DNA from: Eledone cirrhosa
Lineage: Eukaryota
Reading direction: 5' to 3'
DNA: 64,000 bases
Assembly (NCBI GenBank): GCA_964016885.1
Contig: OZ024745.1
Span: forward strand, 122,760,001 to 122,824,000
The notes under the pieces: model-generated
The model's database searches: none
The model's input: the letters and a program-made list of their open reading frames with translations, nothing else
What the model was told of the DNA's origin: nothing
Program-made: the position numbers and the translations under genes
Shown: piece after piece, positions 63,815 to 64,000 of the stretch
Layout of the letters: each line of letters opens with the position of its first letter
How positions within the stretch are numbered: position 1 is the first letter of the stretch

Positions 63815-64000
63815 CCCTTTAGCATTGACATTACTCTATATTTACTAATGTATTTTGTGGTAAAGTCTTTATCTTACATAATTATCTCACATAATATCGA
63901 ATCTATGAGATTTTGATGTTATTTATTTTGAGAACAATACCTTAATGTCAGTATGAGCAGCCAGTTATGGCCAGTTTGAACAGAAAGAGATGAGAGAATT
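63815..64000. mobile_element. MITE family 1, cut by window end
   Basis: TTAA|CCCTTTAGCATTGACATTACTC... Confidence 0.85.

Overview
AT-rich eukaryotic genomic DNA dominated by (TA)n/(CA)n/(TACA)n microsatellites and interspersed repeats. The repeat make-up suggests a coleoid cephalopod (octopus-like), but this is inference. No complete host gene is visible, and nearly all long ORFs in the track are microsatellite artefacts or transposon remnants. Supported content: a full-length but disrupted DD34D mariner (37524-38810) with unusually long ~103-bp TIRs, plus a second decayed mariner; two TTAA-flanked piggyBac-type MITE families (>15 copies); a TA-flanked MITE family; a 6-bp-TSD MITE; two Helitron-like non-autonomous elements; two tRNA-derived SINE groups (one head with three alternative tails, and a second group that piles up in its own ATT tail); 3' fragments of RTE, R4/Dong-like, Ingi/Vingi-like and CR1/L2-like LINEs; and a bipartite RTE-derived non-autonomous element. 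The most notable observations are: (1) several hammerhead-ribozyme motifs in short elements embedded in microsatellites (best at 4368-4438 and 46184-46219), pointing to Penelope-like or retrozyme elements; (2) a cluster of fold-back or inverted duplications next to (TA)n; (3) SINE-LINE tail exchange visible inside the window; and (4) a well-signalled 42-nt candidate microexon (30247-30288), suggesting the window is mostly intron of a large + strand gene. All alignments were done by eye and no database was searched.
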